In this document: positions 8,020 to 18,479 of the stretch, one piece after another
How the letters are laid out: each line of letters opens with the position of its first letter
Position numbering within the stretch: position 1 is the stretch's first letter
Source of the DNA: Candidatus Marinacidobacterium sp.
GTDB taxonomy: Bacteria; Acidobacteriota; Vicinamibacteria; Marinacidobacterales; Marinacidobacteraceae
Assembly: GCA_965243415.1 (NCBI GenBank)
Contig: OZ251549.1
Location: 4,311 to 68,310 of the forward strand
Reading direction: 5' to 3'
DNA: 64,000 bases
Made by a program: the position numbers and the translations under genes
The notes under the pieces: model-generated
Seen by the model: only the letters and a program-made list of their open reading frames with translations
What the model was told of the DNA's origin: nothing
Database searches by the model: none

Positions 8020-9407
8020 GGAACCGGGGGCCCCGCCCCGGGGGCGTCCTCCCCCTTGTCGGGCCGGGAATCCGGGAGTGGGGCCGGATCGCGATCGGAG
8101 AGGGGATCGGAGAGGGGATCGGGGAGAGGATCGAGGCGGACGAGAGCCTGGACCGCCAAGCCCTCACCCCGGCCCGGGAATCCCAGGCCGTCGGTGGTGG
8201 TGGCCTTGAGGCCGACAGCGCCCGGCAGGGTCCCCAGCACGGCGGCCACCGACTCGCGGACCTCCTGGCGCCGGGGGGCCAGGCGGGGTTTCTCGCCGAT
8301 GACGATCAGGTCCGCCTGGCCCGGCGCGTAACCGCCGGCCGCGGCGATCTCCACCGCCCGGCGGAGGAATCGGCCGCTCGCCGCGCCGCGGAGGCTCTCG
8401 TCGCCGGAAGGGAAGAGGGAACCCAGGTCCGGCGCGGCCATGGCGCCGAGGACCGCGTCGGCGAGCGCGTGGAAGAGCGCGTCGCCGTCCGAATGGCCGA
8501 GGAGCGCCGGCGCCTCCGGGAACGGCACCCCGCCGAGGACGCAGGCCCCCGTCGTCCCGAAGCGGTGGGCGTCGAAGCCGAATCCCAGGCGGGCCGGCCC
8601 CGCGCCCCGCCCCTCGCCGCCCGGGCCGGCCGGGAGCGCCGCGCGGAGGGCGTCGAGATCCGCGGGCGTCGTCACCTTGAGGTTCCGGGGACTGCCGGGG
8701 ACCGCCGCCACCGGGTGACCGGCGGCCCGGACCAGGGACGCCTCGTCGGTCCCGGTGAATCCCCTTGCCGCCGCCGCTTCGAGGGCCTCGGTGAGGAGGC
8801 CGCGGCGGAAGCACTGCGGCGTCTGCGCGGCGCCGATCGCTTCCCGGGGCAGGACTTCCCCGAGGCGCCCCTCCGGCCCCAGGCGCCACAGGGTGTCCGT
8901 CGGCGGCGTCACCGGGGCCGCGGCGCCGAATTCCGCCCCCGCCCGGAGCACCCGCCGGATCAGGTCGGGCGGCGGCGCCGGCCGGGCGCCGTCGTGGACG
9001 GCGACCAATTCCGGCAGTTCCGGTGGGGACGCCTCGGCCCTCCCCATCGCCGGCGCGGCGGCGAGCGTCCGGAGGGCGAGCCGCACCGACTCCTGCCGGG
9101 TGGCGCCGCCGGGGCAGAAGCGGAGCCGGTCGCCGGCGAAAGCGAGGAACGGCGCCACGCGCTCGCGCCAGGCCGCGAAGCCCGCCGCCGGGAGCGCCAC
9201 CGCGACGCGCTCGATCCCCGGCGCCGCGAGCAGCGCCTCGGCGGCCCGGGTCAGCAGCGGACGCCCGCCGAGGGGGAGGAACTGCTTGGGGAGATCGCTC
9301 CCGGACGACGACGATGACGCCGACGCCGCCGAGAACCGGGCGCCGGCGCCGGCGGCCACCACCACCGCGTCGGCGCGGGGCGCCGCGCCGGAGAGCGGGA
9401 GCGCCAC
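8016..9407 (-). CDS. ispDF: Bifunctional IspD/IspF
   Basis: AAGAGARF..PKQF, GGATRQESV, VHDGARP, QTPQ, TDE and NLKVTTPAD (IspD); GFGFDAHRF, GHSDGD and KATTTDGLG (IspF); GTG overlaps radA TAG. Confidence 0.9.
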   Translation of the reverse strand: MALPLSGAAPRADAVVVAAGAGARFSAASASSSSSGSDLPKQFLPLGGRPLLTRAAEALLAAPGIERVAVALPAAGFAAWRERVAPFLAFAGDRLRFCPGGATRQESVRLALRTLAAAPAMGRAEASPPELPELVAVHDGARPAPPPDLIRRVLRAGAEFGAAAPVTPPTDTLWRLGPEGRLGEVLPREAIGAAQTPQCFRRGLLTEALEAAAARGFTGTDEASLVRAAGHPVAAVPGSPRNLKVTTPADLDALRAALPAGPGGEGRGAGPARLGFGFDAHRFGTTGACVLGGVPFPEAPALLGHSDGDALFHALADAVLGAMAAPDLGSLFPSGDESLRGAASGRFLRRAVEIAAAGGYAPGQADLIVIGEKPRLAPRRQEVRESVAAVLGTLPGAVGLKATTTDGLGFPGRGEGLAVQALVRLDPLPDPLSDPLSDRDPAPLPDSRPDKGEDAPGAGPPVP

Positions 9408-10798
9408 TAGAAGGAGGCGGCGAGCGCCCCGTCGAGCCGGGTCACCGGGAGGATCTCGATGCCCTGCGGCCGCTCGGCGCGGCGCAGTTTCCCGGGATTC
9501 AGCAGCGCCCGGCGGAACCCCAGCCGGTAGGCCTCCTTGAGGCGCAGCGCGGCCTGGCGCACCGGGCGAATCTCCCCGGAGAGACCGATCTCGCCCAGGA
9601 AGACCGCCCCTTCGGGGAGCGCCCGCCCCTTCCGCCGCGAAACGACCGCGGCAAGCAGTCCCAGGTCGGCCGCCGGTTCGGTCACTGCCAGGCCCCCGGT
9701 CACCGAGACATACACATCGCTCTTGGCGAGCCCGCCGGCGCCGTTCGACTCGAGCACCGCGAGCAGCACCGAGAGGCGGCCGCTGTCGAAGCCGACGGTC
9801 ACCCGGCGCGGATAGGCGAGCGGGCTCTCCGCCAGCAGCGCCTGCACCTCGGCGAGGATCGGACGCTGCCCTTCGAGGGTGCAGACCACCGCCGAACCGG
9901 GCTTGGGACCGGCGTCGCCGGAGAGGAACAACTGCGAGGGGTTCTCCACCGGGACCAGCCCCCGGTCGGTCATCTCGAAGACGCCCAGTTCCCCGGCCGG
10001 GCCGAACCGGTTCTTCACCGCCCGCAGCAGTCGGTGCGACTCCCGGCGGTCGCCCTCGAAGTAGAGGACGGTGTCCACGATGTGCTCGAGCGCCCGGGGG
10101 CCGGCGACGCCGCCGTCCTTGTTGACCTGGCCCACCAGCCAGACCGGGGTCGTGGTGCGCTTGCCGTAGAGCACCAGCGCCGACGCCGCTTCCCGGACCT
10201 GGGTGATCGTCCCCGGCGCCCCGCTGATCCCCGGCGAATAGACGCACTGCACCGAGTCCAGGACGACCAGGCGCGGCTGCAGCTTCTCCGCCGCTTCCAG
10301 GATCTTCGGGATCTCGGTGGCGGAGTAGAGGAACAGGCTCTCCGGCGCGACGCCCAGCCGGTCGCCCCGGATCCGCAACTGCTGCTCCGACTCCTCGCCG
10401 CTCACATAGAGCACCGGGGCCCGGCCGCGGGCGGCGGCGGCGGCGACCTGGAGCAGGAGGGTGCTCTTCCCGGCGCCCGGTTCGCCGGCCACCAGCACCG
10501 CCGACCCCGGGGTCACGCCGCCGCCGAGGACCCGGTCGAGTTCCCCGATCCCGGAGGAGGGCCGGGGGCCGAGGTCCGCGGCCACCTCCCCCCAGGGGGT
10601 CGGGGCGGCTTCGTTGCCGCCGAACGCCGCCGCCGCGCCGCGCCAGGTCCCCTTCCCGGCGGCAGCGGGCGCCGCGGCCGCCGGGGGCGCCTTCACCAGC
10701 GGCTTCCGGGCGCGGCAGGCCGGGCAGTAGCCGAGCCAGCCGGTGCGCTCGTGACCGCACTCCGAGCAGAAGAAGCGCTCCGGCGGCGCCTTGGGCAC
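9407..10798 (-). CDS. radA: DNA repair protein RadA/Sms
   Basis: C4 zinc finger CSECG..CPAC, GEPGAGKST, SGEES, KNRFG. Confidence 0.95.
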   Translation of the reverse strand: MPKAPPERFFCSECGHERTGWLGYCPACRARKPLVKAPPAAAAPAAAGKGTWRGAAAAFGGNEAAPTPWGEVAADLGPRPSSGIGELDRVLGGGVTPGSAVLVAGEPGAGKSTLLLQVAAAAARGRAPVLYVSGEESEQQLRIRGDRLGVAPESLFLYSATEIPKILEAAEKLQPRLVVLDSVQCVYSPGISGAPGTITQVREAASALVLYGKRTTTPVWLVGQVNKDGGVAGPRALEHIVDTVLYFEGDRRESHRLLRAVKNRFGPAGELGVFEMTDRGLVPVENPSQLFLSGDAGPKPGSAVVCTLEGQRPILAEVQALLAESPLAYPRRVTVGFDSGRLSVLLAVLESNGAGGLAKSDVYVSVTGGLAVTEPAADLGLLAAVVSRRKGRALPEGAVFLGEIGLSGEIRPVRQAALRLKEAYRLGFRRALLNPGKLRRAERPQGIEILPVTRLDGALAASF

Positions 10799-10819
10799 GG
10801 CGGTTCGGCCCCTCCCGGC

Positions 10820-12247
10820 TCAGAACCCGGGATCGCTGTCCGGGTCCGGGGGCATCCCGACCTCTTCCGGCGGGTACTCGCCGGGCCCCCCGGCGTCCCC
10901 GGAGAACGCCGACTCGTCGATCGCCTCGAAGCGGGTGAACCGGTCGAGCCAGGCCAGGCGCACCACGCCGGTGGGCCCGTTCCGGTTCTTGGCCACCAGC
11001 ACCCGTCGGACCTCCTGGGGCGGGGCCGCCGGCGCGTCCTCGCCCTCGCCCCGGGCCGCTTTCCGGCGCTCGCGGTGGATGAAGAGGACGATGTCCGCGT
11101 CCTGCTCGAGGGCGCCCGACTCGCGGAGGTCGGAGAGCCGGGGCTCGGTGAAGTCGCGCTGCTCGGGGGCGCGGCTCAGTTGGGAGAGCGCCAGCACCGG
11201 GACCTCGAGTTCCTTGGCGAGCAGTTTCAGGGAGCGGCTGATGTCGGCGATCTCCAGGTTCCGGTTCTCGAACCGGCGCCGGCCGTCGTCGGCGTGCATC
11301 AACTGCAGGTAGTCCACCACGATGAGGTCGAGCCCCGGGTCGCGGCGCTGCTGCCGGGACTTGGAGCGGATCTCGATGGGGGTGACGGTGGAGTCGTCCA
11401 CCCGGATGGGCATCTCCCGGACCTGCCGGTTCGCGTTCTGGATGCGCTGCCGGTCGGACTGGGAGAGCATCCCCGGGAGCGAGAGTTGGCGGGCGTCCAC
11501 CCGGGCGTGGGAGAACAGCAGGCGGATCGCGATCTGTTTGACCGGCATCTCCAGGCTGAAGACGAGCACCCGTTTCCCCTGGAGAGCGGCGGCCAGGGTG
11601 ATGTTCAGCGCCAGACTGGTCTTGCCTTCTCCCGGCCGCGCGCCGAGGAGGATCAGGTCCGAGCGGCGCAGCCCGCCCATGAGGGCGTCGAGGGGGTCGA
11701 GACCGCTGCGGATGCCGCCGAAGTCCTCCCGCAGCCGGTCGGCCTCGGCGGCGATCGGGTCGGTGGCCTCGCCGATCGGGACCGGGGCCGCCGACTGCGA
11801 CCGCTCGGCGATCTGGAACAGTTGGCGTTCCGCGTCCTCGAGCAACGCCCGCGGTTCCCGGCCGGCGACTTCCCGGGTGATCCCGGCGCCGTAGCGGTAC
11901 AACTGGCGGGAGAGGGCGTGGCCGCGGACGATCCCGGCGTACTCGGCGGCGTTCGTCGACAGCGCCAGCGCGTCGTACAACTCGGCGAGGTAGCCGGCGC
12001 CCCCGGCGGCGGCCAGCGAGCCGCTGCGGTCGAGGCGGGAGCGGACGGTGATCGCGTCCACCGACTCGTTCTCCCGGTCGAGATGGCAGACGGCCTCGAA
12101 GACCTTCCGGTGGCGCGCATCGAAGAAGTCCTCGGCGGTCAGGACCTGGAGGACCCGGTCGAGTTGCTGGCGGTCGAGGAGGACCGCGCCCAGCACCGCG
12201 CGCTCGGCGGCGAGGTCGTGCGGAAGAGCGAGGGGTTCGTCGGCCAC
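10820..12247 (-). CDS. dnaB: Replicative DNA helicase
   Basis: AERAVLGA, GARPGEGKT, SLEM, VDYLQL, LSQLSR, SDLRESGALEQDAD, KNRNG. Confidence 0.95.
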   Translation of the reverse strand: MADEPLALPHDLAAERAVLGAVLLDRQQLDRVLQVLTAEDFFDARHRKVFEAVCHLDRENESVDAITVRSRLDRSGSLAAAGGAGYLAELYDALALSTNAAEYAGIVRGHALSRQLYRYGAGITREVAGREPRALLEDAERQLFQIAERSQSAAPVPIGEATDPIAAEADRLREDFGGIRSGLDPLDALMGGLRRSDLILLGARPGEGKTSLALNITLAAALQGKRVLVFSLEMPVKQIAIRLLFSHARVDARQLSLPGMLSQSDRQRIQNANRQVREMPIRVDDSTVTPIEIRSKSRQQRRDPGLDLIVVDYLQLMHADDGRRRFENRNLEIADISRSLKLLAKELEVPVLALSQLSRAPEQRDFTEPRLSDLRESGALEQDADIVLFIHRERRKAARGEGEDAPAAPPQEVRRVLVAKNRNGPTGVVRLAWLDRFTRFEAIDESAFSGDAGGPGEYPPEEVGMPPDPDSDPGF

Positions 12248-12575
12248 CGGCGGGTTCTCAGGGGGCGGAGGCGACCGCGGGAGGCGGCGGCAGGGGAGTC
12301 TTGGCCGGCCCCCCGGTGATCGGGAGCCGGGTCGGAAACCGCACCGGAGGCCCGGTCGGAAGCCGGGGGAACGGGGGCGTCAGCGCCGGCAGCGGCTCGC
12401 GGGACGGAGACCGCGGGCCCGGCGGCGGGCGAAGAGCGGCGCGCACCGGAAGCGGGCCGCTGCCGAAGGGGCCGCGACCGCCCCGGAGGCGGGACCGGCG
12501 GGCGGTTCCGCGCGGGGCGGCCGGGGCCGGCGAAGCGTGGGGTGGCCGCTCCGGCACGGGCCGCCGCGCGGGGCG

Positions 12576-13280
12576 CTACTCCGCCGGGGGGGCGGGTTCG
12601 GCGCCGGCCGGGGCTTCGGCGGCGTCGCTCTCCGGGGAGTCCGCGACGGAGGATCCCCCGGCGGCTCCGTCGGCGGATTCGGCAGCGGACTCGTTCGGGG
12701 ATTCGGCAGCGGACTCGGCAGCGGACTCGGCCGGGGACTCATCCGGGGACTCATCCGGGGACTCCGCCGCCTCGGCCGGGGCCTCCGCGGTCGGCGGGGT
12801 GAGCACTTCCGCCCGGTCGCCGAGGCTCTCCACCGCGAGGGCGGTCACCTCCACCGCGAGGACCACCTGCACCTCGGGATGCACCCGGATCGTCACCGAC
12901 GACTCCCCGAGCCGGCGGATCGGGCCGCCGAGGATGATCCGGTTCCGGGCGATGGTGAACCCCTGCTCCTCGAGGCTGCGGCTGAGGTCGAGGACGGACA
13001 CCGAGCCGTACAACTCGTCGGTGTCGGTCTTGACCCGGCGTTCGAAGCGCAGGACGCGGCTTTCGAGTTCGCCGGCGAGCGCCTTCGCGGCTTCGAGTTC
13101 CTCGACGCGCTGCACCGCCCAGGCCTTCCGCGCCTCGGCGACTTCGCGGCGGTTCTCCTCGGTGACCGGGAGCGCGAGGCCCCGGGGCAGCAGGAAGTTG
13201 CGGGCGTAGCCGGCCCGGACATTCACTTCGTCGCCCGGTTCGCCGAGCGTCTCCACCGGCTTCCTCAGCAGCAGGCGCAT
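12576..13280 (-). CDS. rplI: 50S ribosomal protein L9 with acidic repeat C-terminal tail
   Basis: LGEPGDEVNVRAGYARNFLLP and LYGSV; ATG at 13280. Confidence 0.95.
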   Translation of the reverse strand: MRLLLRKPVETLGEPGDEVNVRAGYARNFLLPRGLALPVTEENRREVAEARKAWAVQRVEELEAAKALAGELESRVLRFERRVKTDTDELYGSVSVLDLSRSLEEQGFTIARNRIILGGPIRRLGESSVTIRVHPEVQVVLAVEVTALAVESLGDRAEVLTPPTAEAPAEAAESPDESPDESPAESAAESAAESPNESAAESADGAAGGSSVADSPESDAAEAPAGAEPAPPAE

Positions 13281-13284
13281 GGCG

Positions 13285-13527
13285 TCACTCGTAGGGCAGG
13301 AGCGCCATCTGCCGCGCCCGCTTGATGGCGACGCGGATCTTGCGCTGCAGGCGCGCCGAGGCGCGGGAGACGCGCCGGGGCACGATCTTGCCCCGGTCGC
13401 CGATGAACTCGCGGAGGAAGTCCACATCCTTCCAGTCCACGCGCTCGACCCCGTTCAGGGCCGGGTTCACCCGCACCCGCCGACTGCCGCGGCGGCGGCG
13501 GCGCGGGGGGTTGCTCGTTTCGCTCAC
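13285..13527 (-). CDS. rpsR: 30S ribosomal protein S18
   Basis: [34 protein letters not shown]. Confidence 0.95.
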   Translation of the reverse strand: MSETSNPPRRRRRGSRRVRVNPALNGVERVDWKDVDFLREFIGDRGKIVPRRVSRASARLQRKIRVAIKRARQMALLPYE

Positions 13528-14159
13528 GAAGCGTTCTCCTTCTGCTTCTCGGTGTCGGCGGCCTTCGCCGGCTCGGGCCCGGGGGCGGGCGCGTCGTCCG
13601 CGGCGGCGGGCGCGGACCCGGCCGCCCCTCCGCCGGAGTCGGAACCGGAGGCCGCCGCCGGGGAAGCGGCGGACTCGCCGGAACGCTTCCCGGAGCGGGC
13701 CCCGGAACCCGACGAGGATCCCGAAGCGGACGCCGCCGAGCGGGCCTCGGCCTCGGCCGCGGCGGCCGCAGCGGCGGCGGCCGCCTCCTGCTCCCGCTGG
13801 GCCTTCGCGGCGGCGCGGGCGGCGCGCTCCTCCCGGCGGCGGATCTCGGCGGCCTGGTCGGCCTCCCGGGTCTCCTTGTCGGTCCGCAGCACGATGAACC
13901 GGAGGACGCCCTCGGCGAGACGCACCCGGCTCTCGATCCCGCCGATCGCCTCCGGCGGCGCGTCGAAGTAGCAGAGCATGTAGAGGCCTTCGTGGCGCCC
14001 ACCCACCGGGTAGGCCAGCCGCCGCCGCTCCCAGGCCTTCAGGCTCACGATCTGCCCGCCCTGCCCTTTCACGATTCCCTCGACCCGCTCGACCACGGCC
14101 AGCGAAGCCGCCGAGTCGAGCGTCGGGTCGAGGATGAACATGAACTCGTAACCGTTCAT
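13524..14159 (-). CDS. rpsF: 30S ribosomal protein S6 with Ala/Ser-rich C-terminal tail
   Basis: [27 protein letters not shown]. Confidence 0.95.
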   Translation of the reverse strand: MNGYEFMFILDPTLDSAASLAVVERVEGIVKGQGGQIVSLKAWERRRLAYPVGGRHEGLYMLCYFDAPPEAIGGIESRVRLAEGVLRFIVLRTDKETREADQAAEIRRREERAARAAAKAQREQEAAAAAAAAAAEAEARSAASASGSSSGSGARSGKRSGESAASPAAASGSDSGGGAAGSAPAAADDAPAPGPEPAKAADTEKQKENAS

Positions 14160-14214
14160 TCCCGAATGTCTCCTGCGCCGCGGCGCGGCGCGATGGCGGC
14201 CCTCTCCCGCATCC

Positions 14215-14889
14215 TCAGGCCGGGGTGCGGTTGAACCGGTTCATGGCGGCGTCGAGTCCCTCTTCGAGCGCGGCGCCGATCGCGGCCGCCGCCCGGACGA
14301 GCAGGTCTTCCACCTGCTCCTCTTCGCCGGCGGCGAACGGGGCGAGGACATGGTCCGCCGGGTCTTCCCCCGGGGGCGGGGCGCCGACGCCGAGCCGCAT
14401 CCGCGGCACTTCGGTGGTCCCGAGCGCCCCGAAGATGGAGGCCAGCCCGTTGTGCCCGCCGTCGCTGCCGCGCCTCCGGGTGCGGATGGCGCCGAGCGGC
14501 AGGGCGGTGTCGTCGCAGACGACGAGAGCCGCCCCGGGCTGGACCGAGTCGGAGGCCAGGCAGCGCCGCACCGGGCCGCCGCTGCGGTTCATGTAGGTGG
14601 TGGGCCGGAGGAACGCCACCGGTCGGCCGGCGATCTCCGCTTCCACCAGTTCCCCGCCGTCGAAGTGGCGGCGGCGGCTCTCCCGGCCTTCGAGGAGCGC
14701 CGCCAGGGCCTCGAACCCGATGTTGTGCCGGGTGCCCTGGTAGCGGGCGCCGGGATTCCCCAAGCCGACGACGACGCGGATGGGCGCCGGGGTCGGCGCC
14801 TCCGCCGGCGTCCGGCCCGGGTCGTTCCCGACCGTCGCCGACCCCGCGGCAGGAGGCCCGGCGCGGAACGCCGCGGCGGGGATTTCCAT
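14215..14889 (-). CDS. pth: Peptidyl-tRNA hydrolase
   Basis: VGLGNPG..TRHNIGF, PTTYMNRSG, GGHNGL, RLGVG; start approximate. Confidence 0.93.
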   Translation of the reverse strand: MEIPAAAFRAGPPAAGSATVGNDPGRTPAEAPTPAPIRVVVGLGNPGARYQGTRHNIGFEALAALLEGRESRRRHFDGGELVEAEIAGRPVAFLRPTTYMNRSGGPVRRCLASDSVQPGAALVVCDDTALPLGAIRTRRRGSDGGHNGLASIFGALGTTEVPRMRLGVGAPPPGEDPADHVLAPFAAGEEEQVEDLLVRAAAAIGAALEEGLDAAMNRFNRTPA

Positions 14890-15001
14890 CGGCACCGTCG
14901 GACGCCCCTCTGCCGGACTCAGACCCGGCAATCGGCGCCGCCCCGGTCGGTCCCGCGCTGCGGAAGACGGCCGGCCCGGGGAAGGCCGGTGGAAGCGTCC
15001 T

Positions 15002-15643
15002 TCACTCGGAGGCCGCCTCGTCCGTGGCCGGCGCCTCGGCGGGAGTCTCGCCGGCGGGCTTCTCCTCTTCCGTCTCCTCGGTGACCTTCGGCGCCGAGAC
15101 ATGCACCACGACCACTTCCGGCTCGGTCAGGAGCCGCAATCCCTCCGGCAGTTCGATGTCGGAAGCGCGGACGGTGTCGCCGTAGTCGAGGCGGTCTACG
15201 ACCAGCGGGAGGTTCACCGGGATGTCCCGGGGCCGGCAGACCACCGACAGCGAACGGGTCACGAAGTCCAGGTTGCCGCCGCGCTTCACGCCCACCGAGT
15301 CGCCTTCGAGGTGGACGCCCACCTGCCAGACCGCTTCCTTCTCCAGGTCCACCCGGAGGAGGTCCGCGTGGAGCAGCGCGTGGTCGAGCGGGTGCAGTTG
15401 GTAGTCGTGGATCATCACCTGCTCGGCCTCGGCGTCGCCTTCGACTTCGAGGGAGAAGATGGTGTTCACCCCCCGGGGCGAGCGGATGATTTCGACGAGC
15501 CGGCCGGGAGGCAGGGAGAGGGCCCGCGGCGGCGCGGCGCGGCCGTACACCACCGCCGGGATCAGGCCCGCGGCGCGGAGCCGGCGATTGGGGCCTTTCC
15601 CGACCTGGCTGCGGGACTTCGCGGAAACGGTGGTGTCGGACAT
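15002..15643 (-). CDS. rplY: 50S ribosomal protein L25/Ctc (TL5 type)
   Basis: GKGPNRRLRAAGLIPAVVYG, QLHP..HADL, GVKRGG. Confidence 0.93.
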   Translation of the reverse strand: MSDTTVSAKSRSQVGKGPNRRLRAAGLIPAVVYGRAAPPRALSLPPGRLVEIIRSPRGVNTIFSLEVEGDAEAEQVMIHDYQLHPLDHALLHADLLRVDLEKEAVWQVGVHLEGDSVGVKRGGNLDFVTRSLSVVCRPRDIPVNLPLVVDRLDYGDTVRASDIELPEGLRLLTEPEVVVVHVSAPKVTEETEEEKPAGETPAEAPATDEAASE

Positions 15644-15978
15644 CGGGGGGTGGTCGGGGGTCTCCGGAGAGGATCGGGGTCTGTCGGCGGCGGCGGGTCA
15701 GGAGGGGAGAGAAGGGGGGGTGGGCCGGAGGAACGGGGAGGGACGACCACCGGCAGGCGATCTCCGGCAGGGACGACCGGCCCCGCGATTCGGGCGGGCC
15801 GCAGCGAACTCCCCCGAGGCGGAGGATCCGGCGACCGGGGAAGTCCGGTTCCGGGAAGCCGCGGTGGGGCGCGCGCAACGGGTCTTCCAACGGAACGACC
15901 GCTCGGCAGACCCTCCGGCGCCGACGCTCGCCGGGACGCGAGGCGAGCCGCCGTGTCCTCCCGGAAAATCGGGCGCGG

Positions 15979-15987
15979 AGTCTAACA
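15979..15987 (-). promoter_or_regulatory. Putative extended -10 (TGTTAGACT) upstream of rplY
   Basis: TGn-TAGACT in the prs-rplY gap. Confidence 0.35.
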
Positions 15988-16084
15988 GTCCGGGGAGCGC
16001 CCGATCGTCCCGGATCCGATCCCCGCGGGGCCGCCCCCGCCGGGCGCGCCGCGGCGGTTCGGAATCCCCGGTTCGGAGGAACTC

Positions 16085-17089
16085 TCAGACGAAGAGGGAA
16101 CTCACCGAGGTCTCGCCGTGGACGCTCTCGATGGCGCGGGCGAAGAGGGGGGCGACGGAGAGCACCGTGAGCCGGGAGGCCGACGCCTGCACCTCGGGGT
16201 CGAGCGGGATGGTGTCCCCCACGATCAACCGTTCGAGCGACCCCTCCTCGACGCGGCGCGCCGCGGACCCGGAGAGGACCGGATGGGTGCAGACGGCGAT
16301 CACCGAACGCGCCCCCGCTTCCCGCAGCGAGGCCGCGGCCCGCACCAGGGTTCCCGCCGAGTCCACGATGTCGTCCACCAGGACCGCGGTGCGCCCGCGC
16401 ACATCGCCGACCACATGCATGGTCTCGATGTCGTTGTCGGCGCCCCGGCGCTTGTCCATGACCGCGATGCCGACGCCCAACTTCTTGCCGTAGGCGCGGG
16501 CCCGTTCCACGCCGCCGGCGTCCGGCGAGACCACGATCGGGCGCTCCGGTTCCAGGCTCTCGAGGAACTCGAGCATCACCGGCGCCGCGAACAGGTGGTC
16601 CACCGGGATGTTGAAGTAGCCCTGGATCTGGCCCACATGGAGGTCCATGGCGATGACCCGGTGGACGCCGGCCACGGTGAGCAGGTCGGCGACCAACTTC
16701 GCCGAGATGGGGACCCGGGGGCGGTCCTTGCGATCCTGGCGGGCGTAGCCGTAGTAAGGGATCACCGCGTTGATCCGGGCCGCGGAAGCGCGCTTCAGGG
16801 CGTCCACCATGATGAGCAGTTCCATCAGGTTCTCGTTCACCGGGGGAGAGGTGGACTGCACCACGAACACATCGGCGCCGCGCACGTTGTCGTGGATCTG
16901 GAACCGCACTTCGCTGTCGCGGAACCGCCCCAGCGAGGCGGAACCCAGCCGGAGTCCCAGGTGGTCGGCGATCGCGCCGGCGAGGGCCGGGTTCGAACTG
17001 CCGCCGAAGACCTGCAGTTGCCCGGCGAAGCCGTGCACCGTGCTGCCGCAGTCGCCGTTGCCGGACCGGGTCCCGGCGGGACGGTTCAT
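16085..17089 (-). CDS. prs: Ribose-phosphate pyrophosphokinase
   Basis: PYYGYARQDRK, DLHVGQIQGYF, VSPDAGG, VDDIVDSAGT. Confidence 0.95.
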   Translation of the reverse strand: MNRPAGTRSGNGDCGSTVHGFAGQLQVFGGSSNPALAGAIADHLGLRLGSASLGRFRDSEVRFQIHDNVRGADVFVVQSTSPPVNENLMELLIMVDALKRASAARINAVIPYYGYARQDRKDRPRVPISAKLVADLLTVAGVHRVIAMDLHVGQIQGYFNIPVDHLFAAPVMLEFLESLEPERPIVVSPDAGGVERARAYGKKLGVGIAVMDKRRGADNDIETMHVVGDVRGRTAVLVDDIVDSAGTLVRAAASLREAGARSVIAVCTHPVLSGSAARRVEEGSLERLIVGDTIPLDPEVQASASRLTVLSVAPLFARAIESVHGETSVSSLFV

Positions 17090-17180
17090 CGCCGGTTCGG
17101 GGCGGTCCCGGAGAGGGGGACGGGAACGGACGACGGCCGGCGGGAGAGCGGGGTCCGGGTGCCGGAGCGGGCGGCGGGCG

Positions 17181-17252
17181 CTGGGGCGGAAGGATTCGAA
17201 CCCTCGTAAACCGGAACCAAAATCCGGCGCCTAGCCCCTCGGCCACGCCCCA
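17181..17252 (-). tRNA. tRNA-Gln(TTG), CCA not encoded
   Basis: Reverse complement reads TGGGGCG..CCGGA-TTTTGGT-TCCGG..GGTTCGAATCC..CGCCCCAG; conserved ispE-tRNAGln-prs position. Confidence 0.93.
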
Positions 17253-17318
17253 TGCGCCGCCCGCCGCAGCGACCCGGTTCCGCCGGCGGTCGGGTCGCCG
17301 GCCGGCGGGAAGCCGCGG

Positions 17319-18479
17319 TCACGGCGAGAACCCGCTCCGGGCGGCGCGCTGTTCCGCCCGGGACAGGGTACGGGTGGCGAGCGCCCGGCAGTCCCCGTCG
17401 GGAAGTCGGCCCCCCGGTCGGCCCACCTGCTGGCCGTCGAGGTTCCGGGCCGCCCGCTGCGCCGCCGCCGGGCTCCCGAAGACGCCGAACACCGCCGACC
17501 CGCTGCCCGACAGGGCGGAGACGACGGCTCCCTCGGCTTCGACGGCCCGCCGCATTCCGGGGACGGTCGGCCCGGACGGAAGCGTTTCGAGCACCGCCGA
17601 CTGCTCCAGATCGTTCCGAAGGTCGTGCAGCGGGAAAGGAAACGAACGGGCCCCCCGAAGGTCCCCGCGCCCGCCGAAACCCCCGGAAGGGGCGGCGATT
17701 CTACCAGCCGGCGCAGCGCCGCCGGACAGCGCGTTCCGCGACCGGAAACGCGGCGGGAGGCCGCGGTAGGCGTCGGCGGTGACGATCCCGTACGGCGGGA
17801 GCAGCAGGACGACGGCCAAGTCCGGCGCCGCGTCTCCCGGCGACTCCCGGAGCGGGAACACCGCGTCGCCCCGGCCCCCGGCGAGGGCCGGCCCGCCGTA
17901 GAGGAAGTAGGGGACATCCATCCCGATCGCGGCGGCCATCCGGTGGAGCGCCGCGCGGGAGAGGCCCAGGCGGAACAGGCGGTCGAGGCCGATCAGCGTG
18001 GCCGCGGCGTCGGAACTGCCCCCGCCCAGCCCCCGCCCGGCGGGGATCTCCTTCCGCAGGCGGAGGCGAACCCCGGGCCGGGGCGCCCCCGGCGCCGCCC
18101 GGCGCCGCCGGACCCGCTCGATCCGCTCCGCCGCCCGGAGCACCAGGTTCTCCGGGCCGGCGGGGATCCCGGGTGCCTCCGGCCCCTCGATCTCCAGGCG
18201 GACGCCGGTGCCGCCGACCTCCAGGGTCAGGGTGTCCCACAGCGCGATCGCCGCCAGTCGCGTCCGGATCCGGTGGTAGCCGTCCGCTCGCCGACCGAGG
18301 ACGCGGAGGCCGAGGTTGATCTTCGCCGGCGTCCGGATCGTCAGGAGGCTGTCGCCGGCGGAGTCGGCCGTCGGGGCCGCGGCGGCCGCACCGCCGGGCC
18401 ACGGGTTGACCGCCGAGCGCCGGTCACGGGCCGAGGCCGTCTGCCCGCCGCCGACTGGCCGGCCCCCTTCGGTCGTCAT
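17319..18479 (-). CDS. ispE: 4-diphosphocytidyl-2-C-methyl-D-erythritol kinase
   Basis: PAKINLGL..DGYH, KEIPAGRGLGGGSSDAA, GMDVP, NDLE, LSGSGS. Confidence 0.93.
   Translation of the reverse strand: MTTEGGRPVGGGQTASARDRRSAVNPWPGGAAAAAPTADSAGDSLLTIRTPAKINLGLRVLGRRADGYHRIRTRLAAIALWDTLTLEVGGTGVRLEIEGPEAPGIPAGPENLVLRAAERIERVRRRRAAPGAPRPGVRLRLRKEIPAGRGLGGGSSDAAATLIGLDRLFRLGLSRAALHRMAAAIGMDVPYFLYGGPALAGGRGDAVFPLRESPGDAAPDLAVVLLLPPYGIVTADAYRGLPPRFRSRNALSGGAAPAGRIAAPSGGFGGRGDLRGARSFPFPLHDLRNDLEQSAVLETLPSGPTVPGMRRAVEAEGAVVSALSGSGSAVFGVFGSPAAAQRAARNLDGQQVGRPGGRLPDGDCRALATRTLSRAEQRAARSGFSP

Noticed and set aside
17181-17252. tRNA-Gln as an island integration site
   Set aside because: Flanked by conserved ispE and prs; no duplicated tRNA 3' end or integrase seen
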